Counted from the first letter of the whole stretch, positions 35,087-47,839 are shown. The stretch is 62,279 nt of DNA, filler included, from Globobulimina sp. (GCA_003354225.1; 23 parts of 23 records of this genome joined end to end with filler, not necessarily neighbours in it); one strand, 5' to 3'. Notes: a model not told the origin generated them from the sequence alone. A program made the numbers and translations.

Positions 35087-35385
35087 AAGATATATACCTT
35101 TTATGATTGTTTGCTATATTTCTTATTTCTTTTTATCTGATTGACATTATTTCAATCAGATATTTTGTTANNNNNNNNNNNNNNNNNNNNNNNNNNNNNN
35201 NNNNNNNNNNNNNNTTAATTAATTAANNNNNNNNNNNNNNNNNNNNNNNNNNNNNNNNNNNNNNNNNNNNGCTAAATTTGCTATTAGCCCAGGTATGACC
35301 AAAGATTTATTACAAGCAGGTAAAGAGCGCTCTCGAATAGAGCGAAGCCTAAGACGGACCAAGCAACAGTAATTAAGTTGGTTTG

Positions 35386-36676
35386 TTAAAACTGAATAAA
35401 TAAATTCGTATTTTGTAATGGTTTGGTTATCTGCACTGGTATCGATGCAGACTCTTCCTTTAACTCTGAAATATTTCTCGATTCATTTGGTTCAATCTCC
35501 ATATTAATCTCCGTCAAATACCGTTCATACCGCATCCGTTCCTGTGCCACCTGCGGCGTATCGTCGTCTTGCAAGCCTGAGATGATCGTCGTAATCCGCA
35601 GCTTTTCCTTATGCGGATTGGCCAGCTGCCGCGCATTGAAATTCTTGTTCTTCTTCTCCCGCATCAACGCGATGGAATTGGCGTCGTATTTGAAGTTTTT
35701 GTGCCGTTTAATAGCGTTCAAATAAGCAGTGGACAGCTCGTCCTTTGTAGGCAGCACAATGCCGTCATCGCGCATGGTCTGCTTCCATTGTTGGAATTCT
35801 TTTTGAGTGAAGGGGCTGTTGCTGGTTTGCACGATTTTGAACACGCGCTCATTGCGGCCGTGCGCGATTAGGAGGCCGTGGGAGATGGTGGTCCGATTAT
35901 CAGTGAGTGTGTACGCACGCTTCCAGTCCTCAATGGAGATCATTTCACAGATTCGATAGATCGGCTCGCGAGAACCCGACGAGGTCTCTCGATCTCCGAT
36001 ATAGATTCGACAGAATAGACCGGGCAGTTCGTGTTCGTATTCGTCGTCGCCAGGGATCGGGATCCGACTACGGCCGATGAAGTCGGCGAAAAACGGTTCG
36101 GTGCAGATCTTTTCTAACTGGCTGCGCTTCATTTGGGCGGCTCGCAAGTCGTGTAATGTGATTTCAGTTTCTTTGTGCGGCGATGGTAGGGCTTGGGGTT
36201 GTGTTTCTGTCTCGGATTTGCTGTGTTTGGTGTGGTTAGTGCTGTAATCTGATATTTGTTGCTTGTCTTCTTCGTGATAGTCACTTTCGGAGTCGTCGCG
36301 AATATGGCTTGCTGTTTTTGTGTGTTTGGTGTTGTTGGGTTAGTGCAAGGATTGAGTGGTTATGGTTGGTAGTGGTACCTTGGTATTCTTCTCCTTGGTC
36401 GATGTCATCATCTTCGTCTTCGTCGTCTTCGCTTATTGGAGTGCCGAGTTGTATGTTGGAGGAGTTTGTGTTGTTGTTGGTGGTGGTGATGGATGAGGCG
36501 GCTTGTTGCCGTTGTAAGGCTTGTTGAGCGCGGTAAAATTCATCATCTTGTTGTTGTTGTTGGGTTTGTTCGTAGAGCTCCATTTCGCGCTGTAAGTCGG
36601 TTTTGCCGTCATCGTAATTGTGTGATTTGTGCCGTTTGGATTGGCGATCAGTGGCTGTTCTTTTGCGTTTCGACAT
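35386..36676 (-). CDS. RTF1: Rtf1 (Paf1 complex, Plus-3 domain); intron 36312-36378
   Basis: ITLHDLRAAQMKRSQLEK...PFF, FCRIYIG, IYRICE, HGRNERVF....SNSPFTQKEFQQW. A GTACCA...CTAAC...CAG intron joins ORFs 36281-36676 and 35386-36147. The 3' end may have a further intron. Confidence 0.85.
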
Positions 36677-36702
36677 GATGAGGACGGAAAAAAGTTTTTT
36701 AT

Positions 36703-37882
36703 TTAAAACTTAAAATAATATTTGTCATCTTCAACGATCAATTTGTTATTGAATCCAAAATAAAATAGCAAAAAGTTCTTTGCTTTTGCAGGTAATTTGA
36801 GATTTTCCAAAGCAATGGTTTCCAATTTGGTTTCATCAGTTTTTTCCGCCAATATCAAAGATAATTTCTGTGCCAATTTGGTATACTCAGTTTCTTTAAT
36901 TTTTGGCGATCCTGCATTGTGTTGATGTGGCATATACAATTTAAATGAGGTTAAAGATTTTGGCAAATTATCCAATAATTTCAAAACTGGTTCACAATAA
37001 CCCTCATAAATAGAAAAAGTACCCTCGTAAAATAATATATTTATTGCACTTAATTCAAAATTATCCTCAACATTCTTAATAAATGGAATAAAATGAAGAT
37101 CGACAAAATCAGCAAATAAAGTTGGAATATCATTTCTTTCCGTCCATGCACAATCTGTTTCATGTTTTAAATTTGTTAATGATTTCAAAATATGAATACT
37201 GTTCTTATATGGCATACTTTTAAATGCCAATGATTGTAATGTTGATATTGGTGGATTGTTCAGGCAATAAATTCTTTTATTTCTTAACAAATGTTTTAAA
37301 ACTGGTTGCCAATTAATTGGAACTTCAACAAATGAATATTCATAGTCAAACGTAAACATTTTAATACCAATAAAGCATGAAAATAATTTAGTTAATATTT
37401 GTTGAGCATATTTTGCACAGTCTGGCACTGAATATATGGGACTCAGTATGGAGGCAGTACTTCTATCCAATGTTACATTCAATTCTTGTACAGATATACA
37501 ACGGTGAACACTATCAATTGCATTATCCGCATCCATCTCGAGCGGTGATGTAAGACAAGTGATTGAAAATATTTTTAAATTCTTCATTTTTGCTGCAATC
37601 AAAGGAATTAATGCGTGTTGACGGTGCAACACATTCCAATGCCGACAATCTAAAGTCAATGATTCTAATTTATTATAATTGTTAATCACAGGAATAATGA
37701 TAGATTTGCTCAATGTGGATAGTTGTGGTGTGTCCCTCGTCGGATCAGCAAAACCAGGCAAAATAATTCCAAATTGAAAATGTTTTAATTGTGGAAAATG
37801 TGTAATTAATTTTGCTTGAATTTGCATGACAAGTTTCTGTATATTAATATCAAATCTTTCTGATGGTTTAAAAATATCCCTA
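36703..37882 (-). CDS. Leucine-rich-repeat-like protein, 5' truncated
   Basis: Repeated LxxLxL patterns (KLESLTL, NLKIFSI, SLTSFKL, KLETIAL). Confidence 0.5.
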
Positions 37883-37982
37883 NNNNNNNNNNNNNNNNNN
37901 NNNNNNNNNNNNNNNNNNNNNNNNNNTTAATTAATTAANNNNNNNNNNNNNNNNNNNNNNNNNNNNNNNNNNNNNNNNNNNN

Positions 37983-38983
37983 TGGATACCGCACACTGTT
38001 TCCAATCTGGCGCATAATAATTCACGCCCATCTTTGATATGATATTAATATTAAACACTGCCGCCGGGTTAAGCCATTTTGGTAATTGATTCGGTAATGT
38101 TACATCCTCTTTAAAGCTGACCTTAAAAATATTATCATTTCTCAAATCTAATGTATCATTCATGTAATAGACTCTTTGACGGTGGGCCGGGATTAATCTG
38201 CCTTGTGACTGCACTTGTTTTAATGCCACATTTACATCGATTAATTTCTCGTTTTGAGTTGGTTGATTAGTCTCATTTGAGATCTTTTCAATATGGCTGA
38301 TCTTTGCCTTATTATCATAATCTTTTGGTAACATATTAATGCGGGAATGCGATAAGTCTGTATACAATATAGACAACATAACATTTAGTATATAGCACAT
38401 ATTAATATAGAGCGGATGTATTATATCATTTTCATTGGAAATTCTAATGGTAATTATGGGGGAAATTCTATACGGGATTATTTTAAATTGTATATTCATT
38501 TGGGGAGTTTCTATCATTATTTTCGCATCCTAAGGATAGATTATTTGTGCGGAGAGAAATGGCTACCTTGTATGGCAGCAGTATATATAATAAAAAGTAG
38601 TGAAACTAGAATGTAAGATAATGGCATCCAAGTTTGGATGTTTAGGGGGGAGGAATTGATTTCTTAGTGTTTTGAAGATAAGATTTTGCTAATGAGTTAG
38701 TTGAGGCATAATTCGTGCTCTCAATGCCCAAACTAAATGATGTGGTTTGCCCTGTTTTTTGAAAGTTCTCTCGTTTTGGCATTGGTGGAACAGGATTGTT
38801 ATTGATGCTCCAATCTCGAGAATAATCGGTTTTATCACAACCAATCCATGATAGAGTGGTGTGTGACTTGTATGGATCTAATATATCCACATCAACGTCA
38901 ACTTTTCGTTGTGGTTGATACGACAATCGATAAATAGAGTTGTACACTTTCGTTGAATTTGGAACAGGAACAGTTGAAGACAT
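37983..38983 (-). CDS. Hypothetical protein, fragmented by frameshift/introns, 3' truncated
   Basis: Recurrent SFSLG/LSLGC-like motifs across frames; frame break at the G6 run 38645-38650. Confidence 0.35.
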
Positions 38984-39309
38984 TTTATTTTAATATTTGA
39001 TAATAAAATGTCACCACATCATAATGAGTATTCATGACGTTATAATCTTCACATGATCGAAAATAAAGGCTGGACAACCTGATTAGTTATGTATCAAAAC
39101 TCAGCGTTTAGTTTTCTCAGAATAATGGTTTTTTAACCGCAATAATTAAGTAAAGTTTTTCACTTAAAAACAAAAATCTCTCCAAGAAAAACCCATTCTT
39201 TCCTTTTTCTTAGCCTCCGCAGATTGGAAACGCCACACTTTTGTGTCAAGAATTGCAGATTCGAGAACAACAAGAAACTGCTCTTAAATCCTCAAGAACT
39301 TACAACAAA

Positions 39310-40594
39310 ATGATGTATTTAGCCATAATTGCAACATTAATTATTGCGACTCGTTCACAGCCCGTGGCAGAATGTTAGTGCACGTGTACCCAATCTCAAT
39401 TAATTTCTTTTAATTTGAATACTATATAAATTTTCTTTCACACATATCTCTAATTAATGCACAGGTGAAGTCGATTTAGAGTGTGCTACCGGCGAAGTGT
39501 GTGATTTCCCAGGCACTCCCATTGCAACGTGTGCGCCCCAATGCGAAAATAGCACTGTATGTCATGTACGTTATGCCGAGTTTATTACGCCCCCAAATGG
39601 CTTTTTAAATGAGTCTGCGATGTTCTGTGTGAATGATGGATCTGTCGATAAATGTGGTGTTTTGCTCTGTCAAGCTGATTCCGACTGTCCTGATGCCGGT
39701 GCGGGTATTTGTTCCACTTTTTTAGCGCCTGTGGTTCGATTGTGTGTGGAGTGTGAGGAGGACTCTCAGTGTAATTCCACCAGTCCAATATGTGATGCCC
39801 GATTTGAGTCTGATACCTCATTTGAATGTGTACAATGTTTAGCCGACGCAGATTGCGTAGCAGGCGAAGAATATTGCAATACTGACGACTCCTCCTTCCC
39901 GTATTGCGAAACAACCTGTGAGTATGAAGAAAGCTTAGATGCGGCCTACTGTTCGGACATGGTTCGCAACGGTGTGTGTGACCCCGCCTTCTCCAATGAC
40001 TGTGTTACCCGCGACTGTTATCCTGCTGATATTAGTAATTGTAGTGAGACCGTTATAGACGTACAGCCCAATTGGAATGTGTCTTATAATGTGACCTTCC
40101 CCGATGTCTGTAATACCGACGAGAGTTATTTGTGGTGGTGCGAATCAGGTACGTATATGTCTGGTATAATATATTTGTATTGCGAATTTGCGTAATGATG
40201 AAATAATAAATAAATAGCAAGTTGTAGCAATACGGACGGGTATTGTGCGGCTGTGTACCCTCTAGACCCTTATGTATGTAGTCAGTGGGGTGACTGTGAT
40301 TTGCAATACTGTTTAGATGATAGTTATTGTGATGATATTCCATATCCAAATTGTATTCGTGGCCCATGGGGGCCGGACTACGGGTATTGTCTGGATGTCT
40401 GTACGGTTTATGAACATAATTTTTGTTATGAAATTTATGGAGATGACTTGATTCACTGTAATGCCGTGACCGGTGTATGTCAGAACGTGGATTGTAGCGC
40501 AGATGCAGATTGTTCGCCGTACGGGCTTGTCTGTAACGGCGGCACTAATCTCTGTGATTATGGCTGTGCGAATCAGACGCAGTGTGATAATAAT
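39310..40594 (+). CDS. Secreted cysteine-rich repeat protein, 3' truncated; introns 39374-39464, 40149-40217
   Basis: Signal peptide MMYLAIIATLIIATRS; C-x-x-D-x-D-C repeats (CQADSDC, CLADADC, CLDDSYC, CSADADC). Confidence 0.8.
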
Positions 40595-40866
40595 NNNNNN
40601 NNNNNNNNNNNNNNNNNNNNNNNNNNNNNNNNNNNNNNTTAATTAATTAANNNNNNNNNNNNNNNNNNNNNNNNNNNNNNNNNNNNNNNNNNNNCTAGGA
40701 TTCCAAACCTAGGTCAACTTCGAATACTAGGTTGAAAACCACTCTAACTAACCCAAAAACCTTGCCAATCACAAAAGAAGTGTTTAGAAGTTTAAGCCTA
40801 AAAAGTCAATTGTTTAGTGTAAACGAGATTATTACGTTTTTTCAAAGGCTGTGAATCCGTTAGCAA

Positions 40867-42760
40867 TCAAGTTGTCTGTACTTGCATACGCACATCATTT
40901 GTATCAACATTTATATTTTCCTGTTCCTTTAATTTTTTCTGTTTTTGCTCCAATTTCTTCAATCTCCGTTCTTCCTTTCTTTTCTTATCCGATATTTCAG
41001 CTTTCGATCTATCAGAACAATACCAAACCATTATCCATGGTTTATAAGTAATCGGCAAAAAAAACCCAATACAGCCCTCCCAAAACTTCCTTCCTTCCGA
41101 CAATGTCATTAAAGCTTCTCCGAACTCAACAAACTTAATGCAGCCACTCCCATCCTCACACTTATCCAATTCAGCGGTTTTAAAAACCATATCACAAATC
41201 TCTCCACTTGTTAATATGCCAAACTGTGAGGGGAAATATGAGCGTCTTGTAATGAGTGAATCCGTCGTAAAATGCCCAGTTATAATCATATCATCCACCA
41301 ATGCAACTAAATCATTGTATGTTATCTCTGCCTGTTCGGCGTCGATTTGTTGTGTAAAAATACGGAATGCAATCTCTGCTTTGTTGTATAATGTGTCTGT
41401 AGTTATTTGAGATAAGGCAATGAATAATGTTTTCAATGGGATCACATTGGATGATGGCAGCTTATATTCGGTGAAAAATATATTTATATCCCATGGTTGT
41501 AATTCCTTTGTTTTTGTGGTTAGCCGTTTTGTTCTAACACTTTCATATTTTTTTGTCAACCATTTCAATTCACGTTTCTTGTCCTTTGCTGTCAACTCAT
41601 CATCGTATTCACGACTTAAACGAATATCTTTCTCGCTTTCTCCGTCGCCATTCAATTCCTTTGCGAATTAAAAAAAAATGTCCCATAAAACTTATTATGT
41701 TACGTGTCACGCATAAATGCGATGAAAAAGAAAGTTCGAAAGGTTTTTTTTAACGAATGAGGACAACGTTGGATAATTACGTTTTGTATAATTACAACTC
41801 CCCAAAAACCACTGCAGCCACAACTATTGACATAAGTACAAGCACTGAACTTTGCGTTGTTTGAATATATTGGCGGCGTTGACGAACAATTCGCCAAATT
41901 CGTCGACAGTCATTGCAGCATCCATATCATTATTACATTCTTCATTCAATATCCAATAATATAAATCAATTAATTGTGCATTATTTAACATTGCCATATC
42001 TCGTATTGACCGCGCATCGCCACTTGACGCAGAAGAGACATATTCTGCTCTTCGTGTCGCCATTTTTTTGGCTTTCCTATTATCCAAAACATACAACAAC
42101 AGCGGTGTTAACAATAAAACAATGCTATAGCGCTTCCAAAATTTAATCCTCGCTTCACGTTTTTTTTCTTGTTTTGTTTTCTGTTTTTGTTGCACTCTCA
42201 GCGCCGCGGACTTAGCTTCCTCGTCGGCTGATGGCATAAAGGTTTGTGCCGGTAAGCCAGAAAACGTCGTCATTTCATGCATATTCAATGGTTCTGAGGG
42301 CTGTTAGTCAGATATTGATAGAAATTTCATAATTGGAAACAGAGTGTGTACATAGTACCGTTGCTGGTTTACGTGCGAGACGCTTAAAGGGCCATCGGTT
42401 TGGCAATGAGATGGATAATTGCGGTCTTTCTTCATCGTGTATGTGGACTAATGGCCGCCTGGAATCGTCTGGTTTTGGTATGGATGGAGTGGCTGTTTGG
42501 TCTGGCAACTCTTGTTCGGTGGTGATTGGTTTTTCATTTTGAGTGCTTTCTGTGTTGGGTTCTTCTTTGGATTGTATGTCATCTTTGGATGTGGAGAATG
42601 CAAAGGTTTGATGATTGTGAAATGGAGATTTGGATAGATTGTGTTTGGAGTAGCTATAGTTTCGGACTGATATGGTTTTAGAGTGTTGTATTTGTGACAG
42701 GTGCACTTGGTTGTGATTGTGCAATCTGAGGTTGTTTGAGAATCTGCAGATATGTCTCAT
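40867..42760 (-). CDS. Mitochondrial-presequence, single-TM protein with EF-hand-like C-terminus; introns 42301-42358, 41659-41850
   Basis: Arg/Ser/His-rich N-terminus, TM YSIVLLLTPLLLYVL, calcineurin-B-like KAEIAFRIF, ITYNDL, EDGSGCIKFVEF. Both introns are phase 0 and restore the frame. Confidence 0.65.
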
Positions 42761-42875
42761 GATTTATCTAAATGAAACTAAAAAAAAACTCGACTTTTCC
42801 CAAAATGTCACCAGTAATAATAACGAGAACCAGAACATCATTCAAATACAGTATGGGTTGTATTATTGTTCTCAT

Positions 42876-43305
42876 ATGAAAATTCTTAATTTTTCTGTCG
42901 TTACACAACAAGTTATTGGTTCATGCTGTCATCGATATTTATCCTCTTCATTCGAATTCCAATACACTAAACTCTCTAATTTCGAAGCAACAAAACTTAT
43001 CAATGCATTAAAGGTGAAACATAAAAACAACCACAAACATATCGACAACACAATCAAAGAATCATTTGAAATTTATGAGAGAGTGAATAAAAATGAAATA
43101 GATAACTATTTAATCAATGCATTGTTACGCTTATGGTGGGATTATCGAAATGCATCACAAATATTTAAAATCTGGCCTGACATTGAATTATATCACCAAC
43201 AAAACAATTATATGGAAATACAGCTCTCTTATTCGTCCGTTATGAAATGTTTACTGTTCCCCAATGATATCGACATTTCAAAATGCATTCAAACCTTACA
43301 ATGGA
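42876..43305 (+). CDS. PPR-like protein N-terminus, 3' truncated
   Basis: Presequence-like start; DNYLINALLRL, IFKIWPDI, LSYSSVMKC helical repeats. Confidence 0.6.
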
Positions 43306-43508
43306 NNNNNNNNNNNNNNNNNNNNNNNNNNNNNNNNNNNNNNNNNNNNTTAATTAATTAANNNNNNNNNNNNNNNNNNNNNNNNNNNNNNNNNNNNNNN
43401 NNNNNAATCTGATTAAAGGAATTCCTTGCAAAGTGACTTTTGTTTTGACTTTGGACTGGATTTCTATAAAAAAGTATAATTGAATGAAATGTTAATTACA
43501 ATTATTTT

Positions 43509-44897
43509 TCAAAACATTCTCCAAACAGATGTGTATATTTTCTTGGTTTTGAATTTGTGGTACAATTTGCATAGCGGATACATAATAATTACAACAGTAA
43601 TCCATAAAACAAACGTAGATGCAAATGCAATCCATGACGTATGCTTATATTTAATATTTAGAACGCTCCATATCTTGTCGACAGCAATTAAAATCAGAAC
43701 ATGTATGACATAAAAAAACAAAGATGTATTGCCAAATATCCTTATTATATCATCACACCATCCAATAAAATGAACAAAACAGATAATAAATACATTAATA
43801 AATGTGTATAACGTGAGAGTGGACAGGGAAGGACTTGAAAATGTAACATTGAAATAATTAATAACTAGCCATGGCGTTTGGGCCGACCCGTCGCTATAAT
43901 TTCCATTCCATTTATAACCAAAGTTGCCAAAATTGCCAATGCTACGAATAACTATAAACAACAGCATACACAAAAAAGTAAAAATAAACAATATCTTATA
44001 TGGATTTATTTTTCTTATACTCGCATGAATAATAAACCTCGCCATCAGACAACCAATGGCAGTAAATTGCAGCCACGGAATTATTGGCCAATAAATGTAA
44101 AAAACACCATTCAATGACTCATGACCGTAATATAAAATGGTTGCAAGTGCGTGATGTTTGCCATCGGTGCCTTTATCATGCGATGGGATCTCCGTCGCAG
44201 TGGAAAATATTGCTATTATGAGTATGATTAAATACACTAAAAACGATTTGTGATACTCGCTATGTTGATAATATAAGCGAAATTCCATGGATATGAACGG
44301 AGTCATTAACATCATGTTTATGCCCAATGATGTCAAGACATCAATGCCTATTTGATATTTGTTATTGCGTCTATAGAATATAAAGAAAATGAAATCAAAA
44401 ACAAAGCCAATAAGCATTATGAGAATGGATCTGAGTAACAGATATTTCATCAAATATCTGTGTTTCCAGTAGAATTTCATGTATCTGTGTTGGTAGAAAT
44501 AAACCATCCCAAAGCCTAACATCATAAAGAAACCAGGCGCACATAATTTTGTTACGAATCGGATCATGAAAAATACACAATGCGCCAGTTCGATATCGTT
44601 ATTCCCGTAGATTGTGTAGACAGTTTTATTTTGACCAAACCACCATTCGACATCAGTACGGGGTGATATAATGCCCCAGCTATGATCCAATACCATCAGT
44701 ATCATGATTAAACCTTTGAACATGTCGATTGAGGAGAGTCTGTAATTTGAACTTATTTTTGCTTCCAGATCAGGTTTTAATAATGTTTCTGTTTCAACAT
44801 TTATCGATAACACACTCATATGTTTGCGTTGTTTGTTATTGGTAGCAGTGGTTGCAATATTTTGATGTGTGAGTGTTGAAACTGTATCAGTTGACAT
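43509..44897 (-). CDS. DUF1624 / HGSNAT-like multi-pass membrane acyltransferase
   Basis: RLSSIDMFKGLIMILMVLDH, RFVTKLCAPGFFMMLG, WPIIPWL, FGNTSLFFYVIH, MYPLC. No introns. Confidence 0.82.
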   Translation of the reverse strand: MSTDTVSTLTHQNIATTATNNKQRKHMSVLSINVETETLLKPDLEAKISSNYRLSSIDMFKGLIMILMVLDHSWGIISPRTDVEWWFGQNKTVYTIYGNNDIELAHCVFFMIRFVTKLCAPGFFMMLGFGMVYFYQHRYMKFYWKHRYLMKYLLLRSILIMLIGFVFDFIFFIFYRRNNKYQIGIDVLTSLGINMMLMTPFISMEFRLYYQHSEYHKSFLVYLIILIIAIFSTATEIPSHDKGTDGKHHALATILYYGHESLNGVFYIYWPIIPWLQFTAIGCLMARFIIHASIRKINPYKILFIFTFLCMLLFIVIRSIGNFGNFGYKWNGNYSDGSAQTPWLVINYFNVTFSSPSLSTLTLYTFINVFIICFVHFIGWCDDIIRIFGNTSLFFYVIHVLILIAVDKIWSVLNIKYKHTSWIAFASTFVLWITVVIIMYPLCKLYHKFKTKKIYTSVWRMF

Positions 44898-45109
44898 TGT
44901 TTTTTTGCAGTTAACAAAACTCTAACTGAAAAAGAGGATACCTTTGCCACATTTGCAGCGTAAACATGACAGCCGTAGCAAGTGACGATACTATTATTTA
45001 TTGGCAATGTACTCGATGTACCTTGGATAATATAAATACAAAAACGAGCTGTGATGCATGTATGTGATGTACACAAATGCAAAATGCATGTAAATATAAA
45101 CCAAAATGC

Positions 45110-46016
45110 ATGAAACAAGGTGGCGGATTAAATCCTGAATTTAGTTACGATGGCGCCAGTGATGATGGTATTTATGAACCACAGACGCTACGTACCTCAA
45201 TGTCTAAAAAAGATGACCAACGACAAGGAACACCAACATTAGAAGGATATCGAATTCAAGGAATATATTATAAAGTACGTACACTATATGATAGCATGCT
45301 GCATATTTTTATATTTCTATTCATATTTTAACAGAAGCAACGTGCGCATCGATTACAACACAACGGAACAGATGGAGCTAACGCGTTGATTGCTTTATGT
45401 AATTTATTATTTCTGCAAGAAAAAATGAAATGGACCAAGGGTTCAAAACGTGTAAAATTGGAGGAATTACAGGAATTCTTAACAGCGATTATACCCAAGT
45501 TGGTATTAAATAGCCGGTTGAAGGATAAGCTCAGGTCGATAAAGGAACACTATGAGTTGAAGATTTTAGGCGAAATGATTGCCGAATTAGAAAATAATAA
45601 CTCACACAATATTGAGCTATTTAGTGATTTAGGAGTGAAATTATTTGACTGTGACAAAGTTTCACTCTGCAAATTATATACGGAAATGGCTGAAGATGAG
45701 TTATGTATTTTATATAAAAAGGGAGGGTTTTATGCAACCATTGTAAAACACGAAAGTATTTTATATCAATTTGTGACTGAGGAAGAACTGATTGACTGTG
45801 ACCCGCAAATAACTTGGAAAACAATGTTAACTCCGCATCAATGCGGCAATGAGCAATATACCAATAATAAATTTGGACAAACCCATGTCGGTAATAATAA
45901 AATACATTGCGAGACTGATTCGAGTGTAGCTAGCAACTGTAAATTGCCACATGTTGCTAACATAAAACGCGAGTTATCAGCAAAATTATTATCATTAGGC
46001 GACGAAGATGTGGATG
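45110..46016 (+). CDS. MINDY-1/2-like deubiquitinase homolog lacking catalytic residues, 3' truncated; intron 45275-45334
   Basis: YRIQGIYYK|KQRAHRLQHNGTDGANALIALCNLLFLQ and ELCILYKKGGFYATIVKHESILYQFVT...ITWKTM align by eye to MINDY1 NGPCPLLAI.N.LFLQ and ELSVFFRNNHFSTMTKH..LYLLVTD...VVWESL. Confidence 0.7.
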
Positions 46017-46116
46017 NNNNNNNNNNNNNNNNNNNNNNNNNNNNNNNNNNNNNNNNNNNNTTAATTAATTAANNNNNNNNNNNNNNNNNNNNNNNNNNNN
46101 NNNNNNNNNNNNNNNN

Positions 46117-46613
46117 TATTCCGTTTCGTTTTGATAGCCGGTTATCTGATCACCGCAGGTTACAGTATCGAGATAATTGATGTTTATTGTTGGTGTTGGT
46201 GTTGGTGAAGAAGTGGGGGAATATGTATGCTCGCTTGAGGCGTCACGGCCGTCGCAAATTGTTTGCAGAGTATAGGATCCGTAGTGATCTGAATAGCCAC
46301 CAACTCCTAATATGTATGAGCCAGCAGATAATGATGATATCTCCAATTGGCTGTGAACATTGCAACTGCCACAATCGTCGCAATGTGTGATTAGATTATT
46401 GCTTGCATCATAAAAATATAAATATGTATCAAAGTTAGAGCCACATGTATCAAATAATATGTTTTCAATGTAATTGTTTGTTGTAAATGAATAATAATTT
46501 ATGTCGTTTGAACTTGTTGTGTCTCCGGAAATTGTTTGCCCGCAAATAAGTTGGTCATACGTTTGTACGCCGGTTGTTGATACTATGAATAATATGATTA
46601 TTGTAGAAATCAT
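46117..46613 (-). CDS. Secreted protein with pre-peptidase C-terminal (PPC)-like domain repeats, 3' truncated
   Basis: Signal peptide; CGQTISG, FDTCGSNFDTYLY.YD, LSAGSYILGVGGY...GSYTL; P/T/S linker; a second CGDQITG. Confidence 0.7.
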
Positions 46614-46835
46614 TGTCTTTTCTGGGGATTGGAGAATTCAATTGACAAAAAGCATAATAACTCATAATATGAATGTGGATATAAGTTGTAGGTGGCAAAA
46701 TATCTACATCTCTTCAATTCCAAACCACAATTTATAATTATGATGACACATTTGTGTCACGTTTCGTCAAATGTAGTATATAGTATATACACATCAGGTT
46801 TTTCAACACGACACACATTTAGTAGTAATTAAACC

Positions 46836-47839
46836 ATGTGGCAAACATGTAAAGAACTAAAAGACGCTACTTATGTTTCAGAGATGGTAGTGTTGAATCC
46901 AAATGAATTTATTTGCGTTGCTACAAACAATTCTAAAGGAAGATCAAAATTGTTAAAATATAACGTCAACCACGACAAATGGCAACAAATGCTTGTAATT
47001 GAGGGTGAATTACAAGTGCCGAGCTTGTGCTTGAATAGAAACATAAATATGTTATATTCCTATGTGAATGGAAAACTTTCCTTTTGTGATTTGAATGTTA
47101 AACATAAGAAATTCATTCATTATACAATCAATCATGTTTGATTGCAAATTCTGATTTGCATTTGGTCGGCGGCTATACCAACAGAGACCATTTAATTTGG
47201 GATTCTGTTGAAAGAGAATTCGTTTCAAAATACACATTTGCTGTAACTGACTGGCAACGATGTATTGAAGGTGCAGCATTTGTGCACATCCCATCTCGCA
47301 ATATGCTATTATTAATGGGAGGTTATGATGCGGGAATTGTCGAATGTTTGGATGTTATTTGGAAATATTGTTTGAAAGATGCAAAATGGGAAAAAGTAGG
47401 AAAATTACCAGTTAAAATGCAAAGATTTGGACACATTGTAACATCGGATGAGAGATATATGATTATTTTTGGTGGAACCAATGTGCAACAATGTGTACGT
47501 AAAATTACAGATGCGTTTGCAATTTATATTATAAGTTTGGATACGTTTTTAATTCGAGAGAGTAAAGTAAGATGTCCAAATATAGCGCATTTGAATCAGT
47601 CCAACTTTCTAGCAGTACTTATGTGCAACACTAAGAAACACGCTATGTTGGTATCTGGCTTCATTAGACATTGTTGGAGCAATCCTAATTTTCATAACTT
47701 AATGTATCTATCCGAGGATCTAATAAAATTAATACAAACATGGCATGCATTTGACGTTGTTCATTTACTCTCGGTCGACAGTGGTAAACATTGGAGAATA
47801 AATGTACCAGATATTTTTAATATTAATTTAGATAAATGA
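46836..47839 (+). CDS. Kelch-repeat protein with one frameshift (47137-47139)
   Basis: LHLVGG, LLLMGG, MIIFGG, W..VGKLP. ORFs 46836-47141 and 47138-47839 join if one T is added. Confidence 0.8.
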
